Position numbers and translations under genes: made by a program. DNA of 64,000 nt from an uncultured Acidobacteriota bacterium (GTDB lineage: Bacteria > Acidobacteriota > Thermoanaerobaculia > UBA5066 > Gp7-AA6). Numbering within the stretch: the first letter of the stretch is position 1; each line of letters opens with the position of its first letter. The stretch lies in the NCBI GenBank assembly GCA_963707935.1, contig CAVPRN010000001.1, positions 589,030 through 653,029 on the forward strand, given 5' to 3'. Positions 12,781-22,523 of this stretch are shown one piece after another. The notes beneath the pieces are model-generated. The model was not told where the DNA came from, did no database searches, and saw only the letters and a program-made list of their open reading frames with translations.

Positions 12781-13673
12781 CGGCCGAGGACGACGGTCAC
12801 GTTGTCCTTGCCGCCGGCCTCGAGGGCGAGATCCACGAGCTTCCGGCAGACGTCCGCGGCGGGCCCAGGGGTCCGAAGCGCCCCGGCGATGACGTCCTCG
12901 GCGACCATCTCCGTCAGCCCGTCGGAGCAGAGGAGGACCTGATCGCCGTCCTGGAGGCGCGAGCGGGAGAGCTCGACCTGCGTGAAGGCGCCGCGCGTCG
13001 CGAGGGCGCCGGTCAGGACATGCCGCCCGGGATGGGTCGCCACCTCGTCCGGCCGGATCGCGCCGGCGTCGGCGAGCGACTGCGCCATGGTCTGGTCGCG
13101 GGTCAGCCGCGAGAGCCGCCCTCCGCGGAAGAGATAGGCGCGCGAATCGCCCACGTGCGCCACGAGAAGCTCGATGCCGAGGCTGCAGGCGGCGGTCATC
13201 GTCGTCGCCATTCCCCGGAGCTTCGGGTCGGCCTTCGCCCGCTCGACCAGGACCTCGCGGACTTTCTGGAACCGCCGCTCCAGGCGCTCGAGGACTTCGC
13301 GGGCGAGCTGGTCGTCCAACCGCATGATCCAGTCGGGCGTGTCGATCACGAGTTCCACGAGGGCGAGGATCGCCGTGCGGCTCGCGATTTCGCCCGCCGC
13401 GGCGCCGCCGACGCCGTCGGCGACGAGCAGGCCGTACGCGGTCTCGTCGTACTCCCGCGGCACTTCGCCTGCCGGCAGGTTCGTCAGGAGTGTCCGCATG
13501 GCGCGGTCGAAGCGCGCGACGATGAAGTGGTCTTCGTTGTTCTCGCGCACCCGGCCGGGGTGCGACAGAGCCGCGAGCTCGACCTCGACGAGAGCCGAAG
13601 CGCCCGCGGGCGAGAGCCGTTCCGGGTCCCGCTCCGCCGGGAGCTCGGCCGTGTCCTCGGAATCGGTCGGCAT
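12744..13673 (-). CDS. PP2C-family Ser/Thr protein phosphatase
   Basis: Motifs RVRENNEDHF, VADGVGGAAAGEIAS, HVGDSRAY, LLCSDGL and GGKDNVTVV. Confidence 0.8.
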   Translation of the reverse strand: MPTDSEDTAELPAERDPERLSPAGASALVEVELAALSHPGRVRENNEDHFIVARFDRAMRTLLTNLPAGEVPREYDETAYGLLVADGVGGAAAGEIASRTAILALVELVIDTPDWIMRLDDQLAREVLERLERRFQKVREVLVERAKADPKLRGMATTMTAACSLGIELLVAHVGDSRAYLFRGGRLSRLTRDQTMAQSLADAGAIRPDEVATHPGRHVLTGALATRGAFTQVELSRSRLQDGDQVLLCSDGLTEMVAEDVIAGALRTPGPAADVCRKLVDLALEAGGKDNVTVVLGRYRIPGASPPPA

Positions 13674-13680
13674 GACGTAT

Positions 13681-15770
13681 CTACCGCGCCACGGTGTCGA
13701 GCGCCTTCTCCGTCGCCGAGAGCAGCGCCTCGGGCCCCACCGGGGCGCCCGTCGCCTGCTTCATCCAGATGTCGGGCGCGACGTTGCCGATCCGCGCCAT
13801 CCGCTCGAACTCGGGGCCGAGTCGGCCCGCCTTCTCCATCTGCCGCTCGATCTGGAACGCGATCAGGTGCCCGATCGGGTAGTCCGGCAGATAGAGGAAC
13901 GAATCGATCATGTGGGAGTAGATGCCGAGGAGCACGACGTCGCGTTTGCCGAAGACCGGCGCGTAGTAGCGGTTCCAGACGTCGCGGCAGATGCCGAGGG
14001 TGGCGTCCTTGAGCTCCGCCGGGGTCGCCTCGGGATGGTCGTACATCCAGTGCCAGACCGCCATGTCCACGAGCGCCACGCCGGCGATCTCGTAGGTGCC
14101 CCAGAAGTCGTTCAAGGTCTTCAACGCCTCCGCCTGCGCGTCCGGCTTGGCGAGCCCGAGCAGCTCCAGGTCGTGCGCCTGGAACACGAAGGCGAGCGCC
14201 TCGGTGAAGGCCGTGTTGGGCACGCCCTGCAGCAGGGTCGAGTCCACGTCGTTCAGGGAGAAGGTCTGCTCGACGTTGTGTCCCATCTCGTGGACGGCGA
14301 TGTTGAAGCCCTTGTAGTTCATGCCGTCCTTCTCGACGCGCGTGCGCAGGTGGGCGTGGTCCGCCCGCCGCGCCGCGCCGAGGGCGTGGCCCGAGCCCCG
14401 CGCCGGATCGACCTCGATGTGGTCGGCCAGGTACTGCGCGCGCTCCTTGGAGAAGCCGAGCTCCACGAGCAGATTCGGGATGTCCCGCTTGTACGCCTCC
14501 GGGGTCGGGTATTTCGCCTTGACGATCCGGTCGAGCTCCTCCTCCGAGTAGGCGCCGCGCGGCTTGAAGCCCGCGTACCAGATGTCGAAGGGCTCGAGCT
14601 TCCGGCCGAGGCGCTTCTCGATCAGCGCGGCGACCTCGGGGCACGAGCGGCGAGGAGACGACCGCCTCGAGCATCTTCCGGACGCGCGCCTCGGGGATCT
14701 GGCGGTTCTCGTCGAAGCGGCGCGCGATCAGCGTCGGCGCGGTCGGGGAGTAGGGATCGGCCTGCCGCGCCGCGCGGTAGCAGTTCAGAGCAGCATCGCG
14801 TAGCGCGTGTCCGGCTCGGCGTCGCTCGAGGCGGCGAAGGCCTTCACGGCCGACGGGCTCCGAGTCCTTCACGGCCGCGGCGGCGACGGCGTTCGTCGTA
14901 CGGGTTCCAGTCCAACCCGGGGTTGTTCACGACCGCTCTCGGGATCGTCTGCGTGACGATCCGCTCCATGACCTTCGGCGATCTGCCGCTGCTTGGCGAG
15001 GCCCGTCTGGCCGCGTCGCCGTAGTCGGCCTTCAGCTGGTCGCGCAGGTTCCAGTGGGAGAGCAGGCGCATCTTCGGCGGGAAGAGGCGCCGGCCCTTCT
15101 CGTCGACCAGGTGGTGCATCCAGATGTTGTACTCGGCGATGTACTGTGCCGACTCGGCCGCGGCCTTGCGCGATCGCCAGGTTGACCTCGGCGGGGACGC
15201 GCTTGGAGAAACGGTCCGCCAGCCGCGCCTCGGCCCACTGCCGCCGCGACCAGCGCCTCGCCCTCGCGGCAGGCGCTCGGCGAGCGTGGTCAGCGGGAAG
15301 TTCAGGAGCACCGCGAACGCGAGCCTGTTCCGGAAGAAGTCGTCGACGAAGTGCGGCGCCGGGATCGTAGCCGGCGAGCACCTCGTCGAAGGGATAGATC
15401 GGTCCCGAGGTCGAGGTCCGACTGGCGGCGAAAGTCGCGGCCGATCTCGTTCATGTGGCCGTCGTAGCGACTCGAGCGCGAACTCCATGCGGGAGAAGAG
15501 CGCCTCCCGCGTCTCCTTGTCGCCGGCGAAGTACGTTCGCGCCACCTCTTCGAAGGCGCCGGCGTTCCCGTCCTCATCCCGCCAGAAGTCCGCCGCCTGG
15601 GCGAGCCCGCCGCGGATCCGGGCGCGCTCAGACTCCCCGTATTTCGAGACGAGCTCCGCTTCGAGTTTCGTGGTCGTTTCCTTCATGCCTTCTCGTCCTG
15701 CCTGCGGCGCGGCTCCGGCCATCGCGAGGGCCGAGGCGAGCGCCGTTGCCGCGATTCGCGCGCGCGTCAT
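13681..15770 (-). pseudogene. Secreted zinc metallopeptidase (HEMGH motif), reading frame broken at least six times
   Basis: Signal-like N-terminus MTRARIAATALASALAMAGAAP at 15770. The C-terminal 261 aa are intact, with NIAVHEMGHNVE and a downstream TEALAF. Between about 15480 and 14620 the coding-looking sequence hops between all three frames. Confidence 0.7.
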
Positions 15771-15798
15771 GCCGTGCCTCCCACGCCTCTCCCGACGC

Positions 15799-17496
15799 TC
15801 AAGAGCCCGCCCTCCACCCCGGCCCGCGCAGCGCCTTGCCGGGCCGCGCGTCGGTGATCCTTCCACCGTCGACGACCGGCACCCCGTTGACGACGACGTA
15901 GGGGATCCCCTCGCTGTACTGGTTCGGCTTCTCGAAGGTCGCGCGGGCGTTCACAGTCCTGGGATCGAAGATCGTCAGGTCCGCCCAGAACCCGGCCTTG
16001 ACGAGGCCTCGGTCGGGGATGCCCGCCGCTTCCGCCGCGAACGAGGTCATCTTGCGGACCGCTTCCTCGAGGCGCAGGACCTTCTCGTCGCGCACGTAGT
16101 AGCCGAGGATACGCGCGGCCGAGCCCCAACCCCGCGGGTGCGACGTCTCGCGCGCGAAAGGCCCGTCGGTCGCCTTCGCCTGGGAGTCGGTGCAGAAGGA
16201 GACGAGGGGATGGGCGAGCGCCGCCCGCACGTCCTTCTCGTCCATGATCGAGATGATGCAGTAGGCGTTGGCCCGATCGGCGACGACGAGGTCGATGACG
16301 ACGTCGCGCGGGTCCTTCTTCTCGGCCGCGGCGATCGCGGCGATCGTCTTTCCCTCGTACGGCTTCAGCTTCTCGGACAGGACCTCGGCGACCATGACGC
16401 CTTCGGCGCCGCCGGCGCCCAGCCACTGGTTCTCCCAGTCGGCCGCGTCCTTCGCCATGTCCGCCTTGACGCGCTCGCGGGTCGCCGGGTCGGCGAGGCG
16501 CTTCAAGAGCGGGTCGCGCCCCCCCTCCCGGACCCAGGGCGGCAGGCACGCGTCGAGGCCGTTGGAGGCGCGGTTCCAGGGGTACTGGTTCGCCGCGACG
16601 TCGATTCCCTGCGCGCGGGCGTCCTCGATCTTGCGGAGCATCGCCGGCATCTTCCCGAAGTTCGGAGCGTAGGCCGTCTTGAAGTGCCAGACCTGCGCGC
16701 GCAGCCCCCCTTCCTTCGCGATGCGGAGCACCTCGTCCATCGACTGGTCCATGCGGCCCGACTCCGAGCGCTGGTGTGTGAAGTACGCGCCGCCGTACTT
16801 CGCCGCGACCTTCGCCATCGCGATGAGCTCCTCGGTCGAGTTGTACATGTCGGGCACGTACTGGAGCGAGGAGGAGAGGCCGAGCGCGCCGTCGCGCATC
16901 GCCTGATCCACGACCTCGCACATCTTCGCGAGCTCCTCCGGGGTCGCGCGGTGCTCGGCTTTTCCGAGGACGTAGTCGCGGACACCGCCGGCGCCGACGA
17001 AGGTCGCGAGGTTGATCGAGACGCCGCGCTTCGCGAAGGTCTGGAAGTAGCCGTCGAGGGTGCGGAAGTCGGGGGTGTAGCCGTATTTCTTGTATTGGTC
17101 CTGGTTGTCCGCGAGCATCCGGTCGTTGACGGGGGCGATCGAGTAGCCCTCGCCCGTGACCTCGGTCGTGATGCCCTGGGTAATCTTGGAGGCCGCGCGG
17201 CCGTCGACCAGAACGTTGTACTCGGACTGGCCGAGGAGGTCGATGAACCCCGGCGCGACGACGAGCCCGGTCGCGTCGATGACGCGGGCAGCCTTCGCCC
17301 CCGAGAGATTGCCCACTGCCGCGATGCGGCCGTTTCGGACGGCGACGTCGGCCGCGAACCACGGCGCGCCCGAGCCGTCCACGACCCGGCCCCCGCGCAC
17401 GAGGAGGTCGTACTCGGCCGTCGCCGGCTCCGCGGCCGGCAGGAACGCGGCGGCGAGGAGGATCAGGAAAGCGAAGACGCCCGATTTCTTGTTCAT
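15799..17496 (-). CDS. Secreted N-acyl-D-amino-acid deacylase (D-aminoacylase) family amidohydrolase
   Basis: Signal peptide MNKKSGVFAFLILLAAAFLPAA. Then YDLLVRGGRVVDGSG...NGRIAAVG...VVAPGFIDLLGQSE and a C-terminus ...GIPYVVVNGVPVVDGG typical of the family. Confidence 0.85.
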   Translation of the reverse strand: MNKKSGVFAFLILLAAAFLPAAEPATAEYDLLVRGGRVVDGSGAPWFAADVAVRNGRIAAVGNLSGAKAARVIDATGLVVAPGFIDLLGQSEYNVLVDGRAASKITQGITTEVTGEGYSIAPVNDRMLADNQDQYKKYGYTPDFRTLDGYFQTFAKRGVSINLATFVGAGGVRDYVLGKAEHRATPEELAKMCEVVDQAMRDGALGLSSSLQYVPDMYNSTEELIAMAKVAAKYGGAYFTHQRSESGRMDQSMDEVLRIAKEGGLRAQVWHFKTAYAPNFGKMPAMLRKIEDARAQGIDVAANQYPWNRASNGLDACLPPWVREGGRDPLLKRLADPATRERVKADMAKDAADWENQWLGAGGAEGVMVAEVLSEKLKPYEGKTIAAIAAAEKKDPRDVVIDLVVADRANAYCIISIMDEKDVRAALAHPLVSFCTDSQAKATDGPFARETSHPRGWGSAARILGYYVRDEKVLRLEEAVRKMTSFAAEAAGIPDRGLVKAGFWADLTIFDPRTVNARATFEKPNQYSEGIPYVVVNGVPVVDGGRITDARPGKALRGPGWRAGS

Positions 17497-17566
17497 GGCG
17501 GGAGAGTCTATGTTGACCCGGCCCAGTTCACGCCGCGTTCATGCGGCGCCACGTAGGCTCGGCCCG

Positions 17567-17941
17567 ATGCTGCGGGACTCGTGCAGGGCAGCCGTCGGGA
17601 TCGGGGCGTCGTTTCTCTTCGCGGCCGCCGCCGGAGCCGCCGATCCGCCCGCTTCCCGGAGCCACGCGCACTCCCTTTCCGGCACGGTCGCTTCCGTGGA
17701 CGGACCGGGACACTCCCTCACCGTCCGCGACTCGAAAGGCAAAGAGATGCGGATCACGACGACCGCGGCGACGCGGGTCTCCGGCGACAAGCTCGAGCCC
17801 GGCGCGAAGGTGACCGTGCGCTGGATGATCCGGGACCACAGGAACGTCGCGACGGCGGTCCTCGTCCACGCGCCCGAGGCGGAGCGGACGGCGTCGGTGA
17901 CGCCGTCGTCGCCGCTCAATCCGACGCCCCGCGCGCCGTAG
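17567..17941 (+). CDS. Small secreted hypothetical protein
   Basis: MLRDSCRAAVGIGASFLFAAAAGAA signal-like start, then a beta-rich body (SGTVASVDGPGHSLTVRDSKGKEMRITT...). No family recognised. Confidence 0.5.
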   Translation: MLRDSCRAAVGIGASFLFAAAAGAADPPASRSHAHSLSGTVASVDGPGHSLTVRDSKGKEMRITTTAATRVSGDKLEPGAKVTVRWMIRDHRNVATAVLVHAPEAERTASVTPSSPLNPTPRAP

Positions 17942-17949
17942 GCGGCGTC

Positions 17950-18295
17950 GGCCATGGTGAATGTTGCGCGTCGTCGCAGCGACGTTGCGGTCCGGATGTA
18001 GGGGGCGGGGCTTGCCCCCGCCCGGGCGTGAATCGAGCGTCATAGCGACTGCACCGCCGGGCGGCCACAAGGGCCGCCCCGACATCGATCATGGCGAATG
18101 TTGTACGCCGTCGCGGCAATGGCGCGCTCCGGGTGTAGGGGCGGGGCTCGTCCCGCCCGCGGTGAACAATTGCCACGTTGATGCGGGCGGCCGCAAGGGC
18201 CGCCCCTACACCCCGCCGAGGCGCATCTCCCTGGGCGTCGATGGCGCGTTTCCGGGTGTAGGGGCGGGGCTTGTCCCCGCCCGCGCTGCGCGTCG
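17950..18295. repeat. REP/BIME-like array 1: alternating-orientation GC hairpins with conserved linkers
   Basis: GTAGGGGCGGGGCTYGYCCCCGCCCG copies start at 17998, 18135 and 18258. The inverted partner GGGCGGCCRCAAGGGCCGCCCC(TAC) sits at about 18059 and 18185. The linkers are also repeated (ATGGCGAATGTTG...TCCGG). Confidence 0.85.
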
Positions 18296-18303
18296 CGCGG
18301 ATG

Positions 18304-19746
18304 CTATTCCGATCCGGCTGAGCCTGGTCCCGTAGCTTCTGCCGCTGGAAGGCTGACCCGGAATACCGCCCCGCCGCCTTCGCGCGCTTCGACCGAGACC
18401 TCGCCGCCGTGGGCCCGCACGACCTGGTCCACGATGGCGAGGCCCAGCCCCGAGCCCTCCGGGTGCCGGGAGCGTGCCGGGTCGAGGCGCACGAACCGCT
18501 CGAAGATGCGGCGCCGGTCCTCCTCGGCCACACCGGGCCCCCGGTCGCGCACCTCGAGGAGGACGCGCGCCTCCGCGCGAGTGACCGCGACCTCCGCTTC
18601 GGTTCCCGGCGCCGTGTACTGGAGGGCGTTCGTGACGAGGTTCGACACGACGCGCAGGAGCGCGGATCGGTCCCCCGAAACGAGGGCCGCCTCGTAGCAA
18701 ACGACCCGGCAACGCGCGCCCCGCGACGCGCCGAGCGGCTCCGCGGCGGCGACGGCATCGGCGGCCACGCGGGCGAGGTCGACCGGCTCGCGCCGGGAGG
18801 GGAGCGCCGCGTCGCCCCGGGCGAGCAGGAGCAGCCCGTCCACTTCCCGGGCGAGCCCGCGGGCGGCGCGCTCGATCGTCAGGAGCGACCGGCTTCGCTC
18901 CTCGCCGGTCGCGTCCGCGCGGCCCGCCTCCTGCGCCTCGCCCAGGAGCACCGCCGTCGGCGTCTTCAGCTCGTGGGCCGCGTCGGCGACGAGCCGCCTC
19001 TGGGCGCGAAACGCGTTCTCCAGGCGGTCGAGGAGCGAATTGATGACGGCCGCGAGTCGCCGGAACTCCTCTCCGCCGGACGTGATCTTCACCCGCCGGG
19101 AGAGGTCGCTCGCCTCGAGCTCTTCGGCCAGAAGCGTGATCCCCTCGACCGGACGGATCGCGCGTCCCACGGCGAAGGCGAGGATGCCGGCCGTGCCGAG
19201 GAAACCGATTGCGACGATCGCGGCGAGCGCGCGGTCGAGCCGGGCGAGGGCCTGGACGCTCTGCTCGATCGGGCGAAAGAGGACGAGGGTCGAGCCCTTC
19301 GACTTCCCCGAGAGTCGGGTGACGAGGAAGCGGCAGACGCGGCGCTGGCCGCTGTAGGGCTCGACCGCCGTGTAGGGCGTCTCCCCCTTGTCCGCGTAGG
19401 GCGCGATCCCGACGGGGAGCGTCGTGCGGAGCAGGTTGCCGGAGGCTTCGAAGAGCGTGTCCCCCTTGAAGAGGATCGCCGAGTGGTTCGCCAGCCGGAA
19501 CTCGAACGCGTTCGCCTCGAGCCCCGCCCGCAGGGCGTCGCGGCGGGACTGCTCGAGACCCTCCAGCTCGAAGCTCGATCCGACCGCGGCCGCGAGCGTG
19601 TAGAGCTCCTCGTCGATGTCGGCGAAGGTCATGCGGCGAACGACGGCGCGCGTCGTGAGCGCGAGCGCGATCAAGAACGCCGCCGAGAGGAGCGCCCCGG
19701 CCAGCGCGATGCGGGTCCGAGACCTCTTCAGCGATGGGAGGTTCAA
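18304..19746 (-). CDS. Sensor histidine kinase (two TM helices, HAMP, HisKA, HATPase)
   Basis: H-box ADAAHELKTPTAV, N-box VVSNLVTNALQYT, and G-boxes RDRGPGV and GSGLGLAIV. Confidence 0.85.
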   Translation of the reverse strand: MNLPSLKRSRTRIALAGALLSAAFLIALALTTRAVVRRMTFADIDEELYTLAAAVGSSFELEGLEQSRRDALRAGLEANAFEFRLANHSAILFKGDTLFEASGNLLRTTLPVGIAPYADKGETPYTAVEPYSGQRRVCRFLVTRLSGKSKGSTLVLFRPIEQSVQALARLDRALAAIVAIGFLGTAGILAFAVGRAIRPVEGITLLAEELEASDLSRRVKITSGGEEFRRLAAVINSLLDRLENAFRAQRRLVADAAHELKTPTAVLLGEAQEAGRADATGEERSRSLLTIERAARGLAREVDGLLLLARGDAALPSRREPVDLARVAADAVAAAEPLGASRGARCRVVCYEAALVSGDRSALLRVVSNLVTNALQYTAPGTEAEVAVTRAEARVLLEVRDRGPGVAEEDRRRIFERFVRLDPARSRHPEGSGLGLAIVDQVVRAHGGEVSVEAREGGGAVFRVSLPAAEATGPGSAGSE

Positions 19747-19761
19747 TCGCTTCCGCCTCGC

Positions 19762-20442
19762 TCAACGGCCCGCCGGCCGTACCAGCCGATACCCCATCCC
19801 CCGCACGGTCTCGATGCGCGAATTCTTCCTCGGATCGTCGATCTTCTTGCGCAGTCGCGCGACGAGGACGTCCACGGTGTTCGACATCGGCTCCTCCCGC
19901 TCGCCCCAGGCCTGCTCCAGGATCTCCTCGCGGCTGACGACGGCGCCGGGCTTGCGGAGAAAGGCCTCCAGAATCGCGAACTCGCGGGCGGTGAGCGCGA
20001 GGGTCTCCTTGCCCTTCCAGGCCGTGCGCTTCCCCGGGTCGAGGCGCAGGTCTCCGCTCGAGAGCTCGACGGTCGGCCGCCGGTCGTTGCGGCGGAGCAG
20101 CGCCCGCGCCCGCGCGGCCAGGACCTCGAGGTCGAACGGCTTTCCGAGGTAATCGTCCGCTCCTTCCGACAGCCCCTCGACCGTCGATTCGGGGTCGTCG
20201 AGCGCGGTCAGCATCAGGATCGACTGCGTGAAGCCGCGCAGGCGCGCGCGGCGGCACACGTCCAGGCCCTCGCCGTCCGGGAGCCGGCGATCGAGGACGA
20301 GGAGGTCGTAGGCGTGGAGGTCGAGCAGCTCCTCGGCCGCCTCGATCTTCTCCGCCTCGTCGCAGGCGAGCCCGGCGCGCGTCAGGGTCCTCACGACGAG
20401 CGACCGCAGGCGCGCATCGTCTTCGAGAACGAGGGCTCGCAT
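19762..20442 (-). CDS. OmpR-family response regulator
   Basis: MRALVLEDDARLR...LLVLDRRLPDGEG receiver domain and a winged-helix C-terminus ...LTAREFAILEAFL...VETVRGMGYRL. Confidence 0.9.
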   Translation of the reverse strand: MRALVLEDDARLRSLVVRTLTRAGLACDEAEKIEAAEELLDLHAYDLLVLDRRLPDGEGLDVCRRARLRGFTQSILMLTALDDPESTVEGLSEGADDYLGKPFDLEVLAARARALLRRNDRRPTVELSSGDLRLDPGKRTAWKGKETLALTAREFAILEAFLRKPGAVVSREEILEQAWGEREEPMSNTVDVLVARLRKKIDDPRKNSRIETVRGMGYRLVRPAGR

Positions 20443-20488
20443 CGCGCGGAATTCTAGCTTTCGATTCACTCCGGTAGGATCGCCTGCC

Positions 20489-22168
20489 ATGTGGAACCTG
20501 CTGCTCGCGCTCTCCCTCTCCGCGGCTCCAGCCGACCCCGTGTCCGCATACGTCGAGAAGTACTTCGAGACGTACCCCGGCCGCGCCACCGAGGCGGGCC
20601 GGCACGACCGGGATCGGGCGCTCGAGGATCTGACCCCCGAGCGCCTCGCGGCCTGGATCGACTTCAACCGCAAGACGCTCGAGGCGCTCCGGAGGCTGCC
20701 GCCCTCGACCGCCGAGGCCGAACGCCTGGACGCCGAGCTCCTCGGAAGCGAGATCGAGTGGCAGCTCTTCCAGCTCGAGACGTGCGAGCGCCCGTCGCGG
20801 GATCCGCTCTTCTGGACCGGCATCGCCGGCAACGCGACCGTCTTTCTCCTCGTCCGGGAGGACCGTCCGCAGGCGGAGCGCCTCGCGGCGGCGCGGGCGC
20901 GCGTGCGGGAGCTGCCGCGCTTCTGCCGGCAGGCCCGGGAGACGCTGTCGAAGACACCGCCCGCGGAGATCGCCGCCGACTTCGCGCGCATCGCGGCCGG
21001 CCAGGCGCGGGCCTCGGCGCAGTTCTACCGGGAGGGGTTCGCGGGCCTCTTCACCGGCGAGGAGAAGGCGGCGGCGTCGAAGGAATCCGCCGGAGCGGCG
21101 GCGGCCCTGGAGGAGCTCGCGGCCTTCTGCGACGACCTCTCGCGCCGCGCGACCGGCTCGCCGCGCCTCGGAGCGACCTACCGCGATGCCCTGCGCATCC
21201 AGACCGGACAGCCCGATCCCGACGCGATGCTCGCGCGGGCGGTCGCGGACCTCGAAGCGAAGAGGAAGGAAGCGGCGGACTACGGCCGCTCGGTCTGGAA
21301 GGAGATCTTCCCGAGTGTCGAGCCGCCGTCCGGCGATCGCGACGTGCTCGCGAAGCTCTTTGCGCGGGTTTCGGCCGACCGGGCGAAGACGGTCGAGGAG
21401 TTCGTCGCCGACTATCGCAAGCAGGTGTCGGACCTCGACGCCTTCCTCCACGCGCACGAGGTCGTGACGCTTCCCGACCCGCTCACGCTCTACGTCGGGC
21501 GCTCCCCCGGCTTCTTCGTCGGCCAGGCCGTCGGCGGCGTCTACGCCGCGGGGCCGTACGCGCCGGACGCGAAGACGCTGTGGTTCCTACCGACGCCACC
21601 CGACGCGGCGACCCCCGAAGAGAAGGACGGCTTCTTCCGCGACTTCAACCACCACTTCAACGTCATGATCACGCCGCACGAGATCCTGCCGGGCCATTAC
21701 CTGCAGCTGAAGGTCGCCGCGCATCAGCCGCGCAAGGTCCGGGCGCTCTTTCCCGATGGCGTCTACGTCGAGGGGTGGGGGACCTTCTGCGAACGGCTGA
21801 TGCTCGATCTCGGATGGGGCGCGCCGCTCGACCGCCTGGCGCACCTGAAGAAGCAGATGGAGAACATCGCGCGCGCGATCGTGGACGTGCGCGTGCACAC
21901 GAAGGAGATGCCGCGGGCGGAGGTGCTCCGGTTCGTCAAGGAGGACGCGCTCCAGGACGAGCAGTTCGCCTCCAACATGTGGACGCGCGCGATCACGACT
22001 CCGACGCAGATCACGACGTACTGGCTCGGATACCGGCAGGTGACGGATCTCTACGAGGACGTGAAGAAGGCGCGAGGCGAGAAGTTCCGCCTGAAGGAGT
22101 TCATGGACGCGATGCTCGCGGGCGGGCCCGTGCCGGTGGCGAGATATCGAGAGAAGCTGCTGCGGTAA
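20489..22168 (+). CDS. DUF885-family protein (putative metallopeptidase-like, secreted)
   Basis: Signal-like N-terminus and the conserved block HHFNVMITPHEILPGHYLQ characteristic of DUF885. Confidence 0.8.
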   Translation: MWNLLLALSLSAAPADPVSAYVEKYFETYPGRATEAGRHDRDRALEDLTPERLAAWIDFNRKTLEALRRLPPSTAEAERLDAELLGSEIEWQLFQLETCERPSRDPLFWTGIAGNATVFLLVREDRPQAERLAAARARVRELPRFCRQARETLSKTPPAEIAADFARIAAGQARASAQFYREGFAGLFTGEEKAAASKESAGAAAALEELAAFCDDLSRRATGSPRLGATYRDALRIQTGQPDPDAMLARAVADLEAKRKEAADYGRSVWKEIFPSVEPPSGDRDVLAKLFARVSADRAKTVEEFVADYRKQVSDLDAFLHAHEVVTLPDPLTLYVGRSPGFFVGQAVGGVYAAGPYAPDAKTLWFLPTPPDAATPEEKDGFFRDFNHHFNVMITPHEILPGHYLQLKVAAHQPRKVRALFPDGVYVEGWGTFCERLMLDLGWGAPLDRLAHLKKQMENIARAIVDVRVHTKEMPRAEVLRFVKEDALQDEQFASNMWTRAITTPTQITTYWLGYRQVTDLYEDVKKARGEKFRLKEFMDAMLAGGPVPVARYREKLLR

Positions 22169-22199
22169 GCCGTTGGCCGGCCGGCCGGCTCGACAGGGA

Positions 22200-22523
22200 T
22201 GGCGTCCGGTCAGGCTTCTCCGGGCGTAGGGGCGGGGCTCGTCCCCGCCCGCCTGAATCGAGCGTGAGAGCGCCTGCACCGCCGGGCGGCCACAAGGCCC
22301 GCCCCTACACCCGCCACGGCGAAAGTCGCGCGCCGCGCGAATTGGATGCCCTCCAGATGTCGGGGCGGGGCTCGTCCCCGCCCGGCCTGAATCGAGCGTG
22401 AGAGCGACTGCACCGCGGGCGGCCACGAGGGCCGCCCCTACACCCACCACGGCGAATGTCGCGCGCCGGCGGGGAACGGATGCCCTCCGGATGTCGGGGC
22501 GGGGCTCGTCCCCGCCCGGCGAT
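22200..22523. repeat. REP/BIME-like array 2, same family and orientation as array 1
   Basis: GT(A/C)GGGGCGGGGCTCGTCCCCGCCCG copies start at 22226, 22359 and 22493. GGGCGGCCACRAGGSCCGCCCCTAC sits at about 22282 and 22412. The roughly 133-bp units share the linkers CCTGAATCGAGCGTGAGAGCG.CTGCACCGC and CCACGGCGAA.GTCGCGCGCC. Confidence 0.85.

Noticed and set aside
17950-18295. The regularly spaced GC-rich palindromic repeats here and at 22200-22523 could be CRISPR arrays.
   Set aside because: The sequences between the palindromes are themselves conserved from unit to unit and between the two loci. The palindromes alternate in orientation, and no cas genes are nearby. This is REP/BIME-type architecture, not repeats with unique spacers.
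18206-21457. Very long ORFs antisense to well-supported genes: the 1083-aa ORF here, plus 54640-57783, 15124-17556, 58201-60591, 7390-8955 and 11937-14012.
   Set aside because: Their translations are Arg/Pro/Gly/Ala-rich low-complexity strings with no motifs. They overlap genes with clear family signatures on the other strand. Such shadow ORFs are expected in G+C-rich DNA.
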